A DNA stretch of 64,000 bases. Source: an uncultured Chloroflexia bacterium (GTDB taxonomy: Bacteria; Chloroflexota; Limnocylindria; Limnocylindrales; CSP1-4). This document shows positions 42,060-53,703 of the stretch, one piece after another. The notes under the pieces were generated by a model. The model had not been told where the DNA came from and did not search any database. It was given only the letters and a program-made list of their open reading frames with translations. The translations under genes were made by a program, and so were the position numbers. Position 1 is the first letter of the stretch; every line of letters starts with the position of its first letter. The stretch is taken from NCBI GenBank assembly GCA_963776925.1, contig CAVZON010000006.1, positions 268,267 to 332,266 of the forward strand, written 5' to 3'.

Positions 42060-44877
42060 CTAGGACTCGCGGGCGAGGCGGCGGAGGACGGCGGGGAGGA
42101 TGCCGCCCTGGCGGTAGTAGTCGACCTCGATGGGGCCGTCGAGGCGGGCGATGGCCTCGAAGCGGACGGTCGAGCCGTCGCCGCCGGCAGCGGTGTCGCG
42201 CTCGGCGACGACGGTCACCGACTGGCGGGGGGTCGGTCCGTCGACCAGGCCTTCGACGGTGTAGGTCTCGCGGCCGGTCAGGCCGAGGGCGCCGGCCGAG
42301 TCGCCGGGCTTGTACTGGAGCGGGAGGACGCCCATCCCCACGAGGTTCGATCGGTGGATCCGCTCGAACGACTCGGCGAGGACGGCACGCACCCCGAGGA
42401 GCGCGGTGCCCTTGGCCGCCCAGTCACGCGATGACCCGGAGCCGTACTCCTTGCCGGCCAGGATGAGCAGCGGGGTCTTCGCCCGCTTGTAGCGCATCGC
42501 CGCGTCGTAGATGAACTGCTGCTCGCCGTCGGGCAGGTGGATGGTGTACGGCCCTTCCTTGCCCGGCACGAGGCCGTTGCGCAGCCGGATGTTGGCGAAC
42601 GTGCCGCGCATCATCACCTCGTGATGGCCGCGGCGGGCGCCGTACGAGTTGAATTCGAGCGGCTCGACGTTGCGCTCCTGGAGCCACTCGCCGGCGGGGG
42701 ACCAGCTGGCGATCGACCCGGCGGGGCTGATGTGATCGGTCGTGACCGAGTCGCCGAGGACCGCCAGCACCCGGGCGCCGAGGATGTCCTCGACCGGGGC
42801 CGACGCGAAGCCGAGGCCATCGAAGTACGGCGGCATCGCGATGTACGTCGAGCGCGGATCCCAGTCGTAGCGGTCGCCCGCCGGGATCGGCAGCGCGCGC
42901 CAGCGCTCATCGCCCTCGAACACGACGGCGTACGTCCGGCGGAACAGGTCCGGGTCGATCGACGTGGCGATGACCGACCGGATCTCGTCCGACGACGGCC
43001 AGATGTCGGCGAGGAAGACCGGCGCGCCATCGCTGCCGGTGCCGAGGGGTTCGCGCGTCAGGTCGATGTCGACCCGTCCGGCGAGGGCGAACGCCACGAC
43101 CAGCGGCGGCGACGCAAGGTACGACGCGCGCGCGAGAGGATGGATCCGTCCCTCGAAGTTGCGATTGCCGGACAGCACGGCCGCGACGACGAGGTCGTTG
43201 GCCTCGACCGCTTCGGCCACGGGGGCATCGAGCGGCCCGGAGTTGCCGATGCAGGTCGTGCAGCCGTAGCCCGCCAGGGCGAACCCGAGCGCCTCGAGCG
43301 GCGCCATGAGCCCGGCCGCCTCGAGATAGCCGGTCACGGCCTTCGACCCTGGGGCGAGTGAGGTCTTCACCGTCGGTGCCACGCTGAGTCCGCGAGCCAC
43401 CGCATTCCGGGCCAGGAGGCCGGCGCCGACCATGACCGTGGGGTTCGACGTGTTGGTGCACGAGGTGATCGCCGCGATGGCGACCGATCCGGTCCGCACG
43501 GTCGCCGCCTGTCCGCCGACCTCGATCGTGACGGCGCGGTAGTCGCTGGGTCCACTCGAGGCGGCGGTCGAGGCCGGTGCGGCCACCGACGGCGCCGCGG
43601 CGGGATCGTCCGCCACGAATGCCGGCGGGTCGGAGGCCGGGAAGGACTCGTCCGAGGCTTCCTCCACGACGGACGCCGAGGGGGCGGCCGGCTCCAGGCC
43701 GTCCGGGAAGTTGGTGCGGAAGTTCTCGCGCAGGCCAGTGAGCGGCACCCGGTCCTGGGGCCGCCGCGGACCGGCGACCGATGGCTCGATGGTCGTCAGG
43801 TCGAGGGTCAGCAGCTCGTCGAAGTCCGGCCCGGCACCCGGCTCGCGCCACAGGCCCTGCTCCTTGGCATAGCGCTCCACGAGGTCCACCCGCTCCTCAG
43901 CGCGTCCGGTCAGGCGCAGATAGGCGAGGGTCTCGTCGTCGATCGGGAAGAGCGTCGCGGTCGCCCCGAACTCGGGGCTCATGTTGCTGATCGTCGCGCG
44001 GTCGGCGAGGGCCAGCGAGGCCAGCCCATCCCCGGCGAACTCCACGAATGCGCCGACCACGCCGTGCCCCCGCAGGAGCTCGGTCACGACGAGCACGAGA
44101 TCGGTCGCGGTCGTGCCCCCGCGGCAGCTCGCCGGTCAGGCGGACACCGACGACGTGGGGCATCGGCTGGTACAGCGGTTGCCCGAGGAGGACCGCCTCG
44201 GCCTCGATGCCGCCGACGCCGTAGCCCAGCACCCCGAGGGCGTTGATCATCGTGGTGTGCGAGTCCGTCCCGACGAGCGTGTCGGGGAACGCGACGCCGT
44301 CGCGGGTCTCGACGACCGTGGCCAGGTACTCCAGGTTGACCTGGTGGACGATGCCGGTCCCGGGCGGGACGACGCGCAGGTCCCGGAACGCGGTCTGCGC
44401 CCAGCGCAGGAGCTGGTAGCGCTCGCCGTTGCGCTCGTATTCGCGCTCGACGTTGAAGGCGAATGCCGCCGGCGTGCCGAACCGGTCGACCTGGACGCTG
44501 TGGTCGATGACGAGATCGGCCGGGACGAGCGGATTGACCTTGGCCGGGTCGCCGCCGAGCTGGGCCATCGCGTCGCGCATGACCGCGAGGTCGACGATGG
44601 CCGGGACCCCGGTGAAGTCCTGGAGCACGACCCGCGAGGGCATGAACGGGATCTCGGCCTCGGCCGCCTCGCCCGGACGCCAGGCGAGGAGGGTCTCGAC
44701 GTCCCCTGCGCTGACCATCGGGCCGCCGGCGTGCCGCAGGACGTTCTCGAGCAGGATCCGGACCGTCACGGGCAGTCGAGCGTCGCCGGTCCGACCCCCC
44801 AGCGCATCGAGCCGGTAGAGGTCCGGCAACCCGGCGCCGAGGGACGAACGGGCGCCGAAGGGATCAGGGGTTGTCAC
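42060..44877 (-). CDS. acnA: Aconitate hydratase A (frameshift near 44115)
   Basis: [66 protein letters not shown]. Confidence 0.96.
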
Positions 44878-44957
44878 GCGGTTCCGACCTCGCAGGCTCG
44901 CTACACTCGCTGCGTGGAAGCGTACCGCGACCGACCGACCGCCGCGGCGGGCCGCCG

Positions 44958-46013
44958 GTGAAGGCGTGGGGCACGCTCCCGGGTGACGACCCCGAGCGCG
45001 ACCGCGCCGAGACCGAGGCGGCCATCGAGGCCGCCGGCATCGACCTCGATCCGGCCCCGCCGGGCCACCACCGCCACGGCGAGGACGTCCACGCCGACGG
45101 CCATCAGCATCCGCACCAGCACGCCGGACCGGGCGAGCGGCCGACCACCGGGATCGTCGGTGGCGGAGCGGTCGGCAGCGCGCTCACGCTCGCCCTGACC
45201 CGGGCCGGCTGGCCGATCCAGGCAGTCGCCAGCCGCGATGCGACCCGGCGTGAGCGGATGGCCGGACTGGCCGGTGGCGCCCGCGCCTTCGCGGAGCCGC
45301 AGGCGCTCGTCGAGGAGGTGGAGCTGGTCATCGTCGCCATCCCCGACGACGAGCTCGCCCCGTTCGCGGCACAGACCCGGCTGTACAGCGGTCAGGCGAT
45401 GATCCACACGAGCGGCGCGCTGGGTGCGGATGTCCTCGAGCCGGCGATGGCCGCCGGCACGCAGGTCGGCGGGTTCCACCCGCTGGTCGCCTTCGCCGAC
45501 ACGGAACGAGCGGTCGCAGCGCTCCACGGCGCGACGGTCGCGGTCGAGGGCGACGACCAGCTGGTCGAGCTCCTGGCCGAGCTGGCCGAGGCGATCGGCG
45601 CGCGTGCCGTCCGGCTGGCCCCCGGATCCAAGGCCGCCTACCACGCCGCCGCCGTCCTGGCCGCGGGCGGGTTCGTCGCGCTGCTCGATGCGATCGCCGA
45701 GCTCGGGCGGGTGGCCGGGCTCGACGAGGCCGGATCGCTGGCCATCTACGGCCCACTCATCGAGGGGACGTTGGGCAACGCCCGGAGCCTGGGCATCCGG
45801 GCTGCGCTGACCGGGCCGATGACGCGCGGCGATGTCGGCACCCTGCGGGCGCACCTCGACGCCCTGGCCCGCCACGCCCCCGGCGTGCTGCCGCTGTACG
45901 TGGCCGCGGCCCACCGGGAGATCGACCTGGCGAGCGCCCGGGGCGCCCTTGCACCGGAGTCCGCGGCCGCGATGCGCGACGCCCTTGCGGAAGCGCTTGC
46001 GCGGCCTCTCTGA
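44958..46013 (+). CDS. Rossmann-like + DUF2520 oxidoreductase (PanG-like) with a His-rich N-terminus
   Basis: [33 protein letters not shown]. Confidence 0.85.
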   Translation: MKAWGTLPGDDPERDRAETEAAIEAAGIDLDPAPPGHHRHGEDVHADGHQHPHQHAGPGERPTTGIVGGGAVGSALTLALTRAGWPIQAVASRDATRRERMAGLAGGARAFAEPQALVEEVELVIVAIPDDELAPFAAQTRLYSGQAMIHTSGALGADVLEPAMAAGTQVGGFHPLVAFADTERAVAALHGATVAVEGDDQLVELLAELAEAIGARAVRLAPGSKAAYHAAAVLAAGGFVALLDAIAELGRVAGLDEAGSLAIYGPLIEGTLGNARSLGIRAALTGPMTRGDVGTLRAHLDALARHAPGVLPLYVAAAHREIDLASARGALAPESAAAMRDALAEALARPL

Positions 46014-46032
46014 CGCGCTACCATTGCGGCCC

Positions 46033-46353
46033 ATGGGACACTCCATCGCCGCCAAGTACGCGGCCCGGCCGACGGCGCGATTCGTTCGCCCGTCCAGCCG
46101 TGCCCGGGAGCGCCGGTTGGGACTCGGGTCACTCGTGACCTTCTCCCCGGCGACCGGCCGCATGACGGAGCTGCAGCGCTCGGGCGCCCTCGCGGTGTCC
46201 CGGCTGCACGGCGGCTGGCGCAACCCACGGCCCGTCCGCCCGTCGGCCACGAGTGGTCGTCCGCGCCCGGCGGTGCAGATGCGCTGGACGCGGTCGGATG
46301 GACGCGGACCGGAGCGCACCGCGCGCGCCGATACGGCGCCGTGGCCCGGCTGA
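46033..46353 (+). CDS. Hypothetical Arg-rich protein
   Basis: High-GC3 codons over the first ~65 codons; TACCAT 8 nt upstream; overlaps the NUDIX start. Confidence 0.55.
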   Translation: MGHSIAAKYAARPTARFVRPSSRARERRLGLGSLVTFSPATGRMTELQRSGALAVSRLHGGWRNPRPVRPSATSGRPRPAVQMRWTRSDGRGPERTARADTAPWPG

Positions 46354-46825
46354 GGAACGCGACCGCCACGTCCGCAGGCGGCATCGTCGTCCGACATGAG
46401 GACGGCCGACCCCAACTCGTCGTCGGCAGTCGCCGTCGAGAGCGGGATGGACGCGCCTGGACGCTCCCCAAGGGCACGCCCGAAGCGTGGCGAGTCGACC
46501 GAGGAGACGGCCCTTCGCGAGGTCGGCGAGGAGACCGGCCTCGAGGTCCGCATCACCGGGGTCCTCGATTTCGATCCAGTACGTCTTCGTCCAGTCCGGG
46601 ACGCGCATCCACAAGACCGTGCACTACTTCCTGATGGAGCCGGTCGGTGGCAGCCTCGACCGCCACGACCGCGAATTCGACGAGGTCCGCTGGATCGACT
46701 TCGACGAGGCGCCGCGGGTCCTGTCGTTCGAGACCGAACGGGCGCTCGTCGCCCACGCCGCCGACATCGTGGCCGGTGCGGTCACCGGCGGATCGCCGCT
46801 GGACCGGGCCGAGGCCGCCTCGTGA
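46341..46825 (+). CDS. NUDIX hydrolase (frameshifted)
   Basis: [38 protein letters not shown]. Confidence 0.88.
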
Positions 46826-47939
46826 GCGAGGACGCGTCGGGTCTGCCCCACGAGACGCCGCTCGCCGCCCGCCACGAGGCACTCGGCGCCCGGATGATCG
46901 ACTTCGCCGGCTGGCGGATGCCGGTGCAGTACTCGTCCATCCTCGAGGAGCACCGCGCGGTCCGGGAACGGGTCGGCCTGTTCGACCTGTCGCACATGGG
47001 CGAGCTCTGGGTGGACGGCCAGGAGGCCGCGAGCGCCGCTCGATGCCGCGCTGGTCAGCGCCCCGTCGCGACTGGCCGTCGGCCGCGCGCAGTACTCGAT
47101 GATCGTGGCCCCCGACGGCGGCATCCTCGACGACCTCATCGTCTATCGCCTCGCCGACGACCGGTTCATGGTCGTGGCCAACGCGAGCAACGCCGCGGTC
47201 GTGTCCGATGCCCTGGCCGAGCGACTGGCCGGCACCCGCGCCGTCCTCGACGACCATTCGCTGGCGACCGGCCTCGTCGCGGTCCAGGGTCCGCGCAGCG
47301 TGGACGTCCTGCGGCCGCTGACCGACGTCGACCTCGACGGCCTGCGCTACTACGCCATCGCCGACGGGCAGGTCGCCGGGATCCCGGCCCAGGTCGCCCG
47401 GACCGGCTACACCGGCGAGGACGGCTTCGAGGTCTTCGTCGACACGGCAAGGACCGGCGACCTGTGGGATGCGCTGCCTGCCCGCCGTCCAGGCGGCCGA
47501 CGGCCGGCCGGTGGGACTCGGTGCGCGCGACACCCTCCGGCTGGAGGCGGGCATGCCGTTGTACGGCAACGAGCTCGACCGGGAGACGACGCCGTTCGAC
47601 GCCGGGCTTGGCCGCGTGGTCAAGCTCGACAAGCCGGGTGACTTCGTCGGGCGTGCCGCCCTCGAGAAGGTGGCCGCGGACGGGCCGCGCCGACGCCTCG
47701 TGGGCCTGGTCGTCGAGGGTCGCGGGATCGCCCGCCACGGGTACCCGGTCCACGCCGGTGACCGGCGGGCCGGTATCGTGACCAGCGGGACGCAGTCGCC
47801 CAGCCTCGGTCAGCCGATCGCGATGGCATCGGTCAGCCCGGCCGACGGCGAACCCGGCACGATCCTTGACGTGGAGATCCGCGACGCGCGCGTTCCGGCG
47901 CGGGTCGTCCCCCTGCCGTTCTACCGGAGGAGCAGCTGA
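46822..47939 (+). CDS. gcvT: Glycine cleavage system aminomethyltransferase T (frameshifted)
   Basis: [43 protein letters not shown]. Confidence 0.94.
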
Positions 47940-47940
47940 C

Positions 47941-48325
47941 GTGAGCGTCCCGACCGATCTGCGCTACACCCGAGATCACGAGTGGGTCCGCCTCGACGGC
48001 GATCTCGCCAGCGTCGGCATCACCCAATACGCGGCGGACCAGCTCGGCGACATCGTGTTCGTCGAGCTGCCCGACACGGGTCGGACGCTGGAGGCGTCGA
48101 AGGCGTTCGGCGTGGTCGAGTCGGTCAAGGCCGTCAGCGACCTGTACGCGCCGGTCAGCGGCGAGGTCGAGGCCGTCAACGATGCGCTCGCCGGATCGCC
48201 CGAGCTGGTCAACACCGATCCCTACGGCGAGGGCTGGATGATCCAGGTGCGTCTCGACCGCTGACGCGGACCTCGGCGACCTGCTCGACGCGAACGCCTA
48301 CGACGACCTCGTCGCCGCTGGCTGA
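47941..48325 (+). CDS. gcvH: Glycine cleavage system H protein (C-terminal frameshift)
   Basis: [26 protein letters not shown], lipoyl-Lys [16 protein letters not shown]. Confidence 0.94.
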
Positions 48326-48340
48326 CGACGGACGACGGCC

Positions 48341-49754
48341 ATGCCCTACGGACCGCACACCCCCGATGACCGCGCCCGGATGCTGGCGACGATCGGCATC
48401 GACAGCGTCGACGCCCTGTTCGAGGACATCCCCGAGGACCTGCGCGCCTCGCCGCTCGACCTGCCGCCGCCGGAGCCAGAGCTCGAGCTGAGCGCCCGCC
48501 TGCGCCGGCTGGCCGGCGAGAACCGCACCGAGCTGGTGTCGTTCCTGGGTGCGGGCGTCTATCGCCACTGGAGCCCGCCGGCCGTCGACCAGCTCCTGCT
48601 TCGCGGCGAGTGGTACACGGCCTACACGCCCTACCAGCCCGAGGTCAGCCAGGGCACGCTCCAATCGATCTACGAGTACGAGTCGCTGCTCGCGGAGCTC
48701 GTCGACCTCGATGTCGTGTCGGCCTCCCACTACGACGGCGCGGCGGCCACGGCCGAGGCCGCCCTGATGACCTGCCGGGCGACCCGGCGCGAGCGGGTGC
48801 TCGTGTCGCGTGGCGTCCATCCGCACTATCGACAGACCCTGGCGACGTACTTCGGCGGCGGCCTGGAGCTCGACGAGGTCCCGTTGCTGACCGAGGGCGA
48901 CGCCGCCGGCACGACCGACCTCGCGGCCCTCGAGCGGATGCTGGCCGACCCCGACCGCCCGGTCGCCGGGGTCATCGCCGCGAACCCCGACTTCCTCGGC
49001 CTGCTCGAGCCGATGCCGCGGATCGGCGAGCTGGCCCATGCCGCCGGCGCGCTCTTCGTGGCGGTCATCGAGCCGGTCTCGCTCGCCGTCCTGGCCCCAC
49101 CCGGCGCGTACGGGGCGGACATCGCGGCGGGGGAGGGGCAGCCGCTCGGCATCGCCCCGCAGTACGGCGGGCCGTATCTCGGCATCCTCGCGTCGACCGA
49201 TGCGCTCGTCCGCCAGATCCCCGGCCGACTCGTCGGCATGACCACGGACCTGGACGGGCAGCGGGCGTTCGTGATGACCCTGCGGGCGCGGGAGCAGGAC
49301 ATCCGGCGCGACAAGGCGGCCAGCAACATCTGCACGAACCAGGCCCTGCTCGCATTGGCCGCCTCGATCTACCTCGCCACGCTCGGCCCGCATGGGTTGC
49401 GCGACGTCGCCGCGACCGGGGCCGTCCGGGCCGCCGAGCTCGAAGCGGCCCTCGCCGCGCACGGCATCGAGCGGTTGCATCCCGGCCCCTACCTCAACGA
49501 GTTCGCGATCGCGCTGCCCGACGCCCGGGCGGTCCATCGCCGCCTGCTCGACGCCGGCTACCTGGCCGGTCTCGCCCTGGCCGACGCCGAGCCCGACGAC
49601 CCGACCCTGCGCGACGCCCTGCTCCTGTGCACGACCGAGCTGACCACGAGCGACGACATCGCCGGCTTCGTCGGCCGCCCTCGCCGAGGCGCTGGCAGCG
49701 GACGGTTCCGCCGCCCCAGCGACCGAGGCGACCCCTGCCGGAGCGGCCCGATGA
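48341..49754 (+). CDS. gcvPA: Glycine dehydrogenase subunit 1
   Basis: FLGAG, YTPYQPEVSQG, REQDIRRDKAASNICTNQAL; the corrected frame stops at ATGA 49751-49754. Confidence 0.93.
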
Positions 49755-51251
49755 GCGTCACCGGTCCGCGCCTCCAGCCCACGCTGTTCGAGCGCAGCCA
49801 GCCCGGGCGCGGCGGCGGCAAGATCCCGCATCCGCCCAAGGACGCCCTGGACCGCCTGCCGGCGAGCGCCCGGCGCGCGACCCCGCCGGCCCTGCCCGAG
49901 CTCAACGAGCCCGAGGTCGTCCGCCACTACGTCAACCTGTCGCAGCTGAACTTCGCGGTGGACACCGGCTTCTACCCGCTGGGCTCGTGCACGATGAAGT
50001 TCAATCCCAAGCTCAACGAATGGGCCGCCCGCCTGCCGGGCTTCGCCGACCTGCACCCGATGGCGCCCGACGAGGTCGCCCAGGGCACGCTCCGGCTGCT
50101 GTGGGAGCTCGAGGTCGCCCTGGCCGAGATCAGCGGCATGCGCGCGGTGACGCTGCAGCCGGCGGCCGGCGCCCAGGGCGAGCTCACCGGCATCCTCATG
50201 ATCCGGGCCTACCACCGCTCCCGCGGCGACGACCAGCGCGACGAGGTCCTCGTCCCCGACTCCAGCCACGGGACCAATCCGGCCACGGCATCGATGGCCG
50301 GCTTCAAGACGGTGACCATCCCGTCCGCCGCGGACGGCGGCGTGGACGTCGAGGCGTTCGAGGCGGCGCTCGGGCCGCGCACGGCCGCGGTCATGATCAC
50401 CAACCCGTCGACCCTCGGCCTGTTCGAGCGTCGCATCGGCCATCTCCTGGAGCACGTCCACGAGGCCGGCGCCCTGGCCTATATGGACGGGGCCAACCTC
50501 AACGCCATCCTCGGTCGGTTCAAGCCCGGCGAGGCCGGCTTCGACGTGATGCACTTCAACGTCCACAAGACGTTCAGCACGCCACACGGCGGCGGCGGCC
50601 CGGGAGCCGGCCCGGTCGGGGTGGGGGAGCGCCTGCTCCCGTTCCTGCCGACACCGCGGGTGCTCCGCACCGACGACGGGACCTTCCGGCTCGAGCGGCC
50701 GGAGGAGCGCCCGACCTCGATCGGCCGGCTGCGCAGCTTCATCGGCAACACCGGCGTGCTGGTCCGTGCCTATGCCTACATCCGCGCCCACGGCGGGACC
50801 GGCCTGGCCGAGGTCAGCGACGACGCGGTGCTGGCAGCCAATTACCTGAAGGCGCTCCTGGCCGACACGTTCGACCTGCCCGTACGACCGGCCGTGCAAG
50901 CACGAGTTCGTGGCGTCCGCCAGCTCGATCAAGGCGCGCACCGGCGTGCGCACCCTCGACATCGCGAAGCGCCTCATCGACCACGGCTTCCACCCGCCGA
51001 CCATCTACTTCCCGCTCATCGTCGACGAGGGGATGCTCATCGAGCCGACCGAGACCGAGTCGGTGGCCACCCTGGACGCGTTCGCCGACGCCCTGCGCGA
51101 GATCGCAGCCGAGGCCGAGCGCGATCCGGACACCGTCCGTTCCGCGCCCCACACGGCCCCGGTCCGGCGGCTGGACGAGGCCACCGCCGCCCGGCAGCCG
51201 AACCTGCGCTGGCGGCCGATGGCCGGTGCGGAGACCCCCTGTCCCGACTGA
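49751..51251 (+). CDS. gcvPB: Glycine dehydrogenase subunit 2 (frameshift near 50885)
   Basis: [47 protein letters not shown]. Confidence 0.94.
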
Positions 51252-51282
51252 TCGGTGCCGGATCCGTGCGTGGGCGCCAGCC

Positions 51283-51336
51283 AACCGAACGATCGTTAGG
51301 TTCACGGTTGACAGCCCACAGGGGGCTGTGGATAGT
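51283..51336 (+). promoter_or_regulatory. SigA-like promoter with an upstream 20-bp palindromic operator
   Basis: aaccgaacgatcgttaggtt (51283-51302); TTGACA(51308)-17-GATAGT(51331); IR acagccc/gggctgt over the spacer. Confidence 0.6.
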
Positions 51337-51512
51337 ACGCGCAGCGCACCGACCCGAACCGTGCTGCCGCTGACGCTCGCCCCCGGGATCCTGTCGAGTT
51401 GGGAGGCTCTGACCGGAGAACGGACGAGAACCGTCATCGGCGTTCGAGAGCGCGGCCCCGAGGGCGGAGCAGCGGGAGACATCCGGGTATCCACCCGTTC
51501 GGAGGACAGTTG

Positions 51513-53538
51513 ATGCAGAAACGTCTCTTCGGCATCCTGACCACCGCAGCCATCATCGTGGCTGCGTGTGGCGGTGCCACTACAAGCACGGCGCCCTCGG
51601 CAGGGTCGTCGACGGCCCCGTCGGCCGAAGCGTCCGTCGAGCCGTCGGCCGCAGGCGACCAGACCCTGACCATGGCCATGGACGGCGACGTCTCGGGCGG
51701 CATGTCGAACGCCGTCGGACAACGTCCCGACCGGCCGAGGCCGCCGCAGTTCCTGTACGACGGCATCTATACAGTTCGACGAGGGCCTGACCCCGGTCGC
51801 CGAATCTCGCCGAGGATCTCGCCACGATCTCCGAGGACGGCCTCACCTGGACCGTCAAGCTCCGCGCGGGCGTCAAGTTCCACGACGGCACGGACCTCAC
51901 GGCCGAGGACGTCGTCCAGACCTACGAGATCGCCCAGAGCACGAACTGCCGGTACAACCCGTCGCTCTGCCTCAGCGCCTTCCTCGAAAAGGTCGAGGCG
52001 GTCGACGACCTGACCGTGGCGTTCACGCTCAAGCAGAAGCTGTCGACGTTCGCGACGATCTATCTGCCGCGGCATCGACATCGAGAGCAAGGACGCGATC
52101 GACAAGTCGTACGCGAAGTACGTCGAGGGCACCAGCGCCGTCACCGCCGACGGAGACCAAGGCGTTCCTGGACAAGGTCGCCGCCGAAGAGGCCGCCCCG
52201 ACCGGCCCGGCCGGTGAGGATGGCGCCGCGACCGTCAACTACGCCAGTTCCTGGCCGAAGCCGAGGCCCTCATCACCAAGGCCGGCGGCGAGCCTCCCGG
52301 ACAAGGCCATCTACACCACCGAAGGCGTGCTCGACGAGGGCCGTCTACGGCCAGGAGCTCGTCACCCGGTCAAGGCCATCGACGCGACCTTCACCGCGCC
52401 GGCCATCGACGCGCTGGCCGCCGCCTATCCGTACCTCGACTTCCAGCGCAACCCGGTCGGGACCGGCGCCGTTCAAGTTCGTGGAGTTCAAGCCGGGTGA
52501 GAGCCTCGAGTACGCCGCCAACGAGGAGTACTTCCGCGGCGCTCCGGCGATCAAGCAGCTGTTCATCCCGATCATCAAGGATGACATCGCTGGTGCGGCC
52601 AGGCACTGGCCGCCGGCCAGGTCGACTGGAAGTACTCGCTGACCGGCCCGACCTATGAAGAGATCAAGGACGACCCGAACCTGAAGTTCGTGGAGTACCC
52701 GGACTTCGGCTTCTTCTCCCTGTACTTCAACAACCGCGAGGGCTCGCTCTTCGCGGACAAGAACCTCCGCCAGGCGGTCTCGTACTGCTTCGACAAGGAG
52801 GCGACCGCGACGGCCGCCACGAACGGCCAGGGTGTCGCGATCTACAGCGAGATCCCGCCGGCCTCGTGGGCGTATCCGACCTCGGGCCTGAACACCTATG
52901 CGATGGACCAGGCCAAGTCCAAGGAGCTCATCGAGTCGTCCGGCTGGACGCTGGGCTCCGACGGGATCTACGAGAAGGACGGCCAGAAGCTGTCCACGGT
53001 CGTGGCCGTGCGCGCGGAGCGCCCGGACCGCAGCAAGTGGATGCAGCTGGTCGGTGACCAGGTCCGCCAGTGCGGCATCGACCTCCAGTTCAAGGAGATC
53101 GACTTCGCGGCGATCCTGAACATGCTGGACGTCTACCCGCACATCAACGCGGCCGCGCCCGAGACCGGCAAGCCGTTCGATGCCTACTTCGGTGGGTTCA
53201 GCACCGACGTTCGACCCGGATCCCTTCGCGCTGTACCACTCGAGCCAGTGCACCACCGGCCGAGCAGCCGCGACGCCTACAACTACGATTGCTACCAGAA
53301 CCCTGAGGCGGACAAGCTGATCGAGGAGGGTCTCGTGACCTTCGATCAGGCCGAGTCGAGCCGCGATCTACCAGGAATACGCCGTCATCCAGGCGAATGA
53401 CCTTCCGGTCATCTACGCCTGGGCTGACATCGCGCGCGAGGGCCTCCGCGCGACCGTCGACACGACGGCCGATGGTGGCCTCCAGCTCGATACGCCGACC
53501 TGGTTCCGCCAGGCCAGAAGCTGACGAACGTCAAGTAA
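51513..53538 (+). CDS. Peptide ABC transporter substrate-binding lipoprotein (many frameshifts)
   Basis: Lipobox VAAC; LRAGVKFHDG, PVGTG.F, LRQAVSY, GWTLGSDGIYEKDG. Confidence 0.85.
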
Positions 53539-53632
53539 CCCGGCGACGGGAACCGTTCGTCATGCGCGGGACGTCAGGGTCCGGATGGTCATCTCGATCC
53601 GTCCGAACCCAGGTCGAACCGACGCGACCGAT

Positions 53633-53660
53633 CCGATGGCGCCCTCCGGGGCGCCATCGG
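53633..53660 (+). terminator. 12-bp hairpin after the SBP gene
   Basis: ccgatggcgccc-tccg-gggcgccatcgg, followed by TATCAT (possible internal -10). Confidence 0.55.
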
Positions 53661-53703
53661 TCTATCATCCGGCTAATCTCGACCCCCACCGAGAGCGAGT
53701 GCC

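Noticed and set aside
48341-51373. Apparent 1010-aa GcvPA-GcvPB fusion
   Set aside because: One extra base near 49673 creates it; the alternative frame gives a natural AALAEALAA..AAR stop with an ATGA overlap onto gcvPB.
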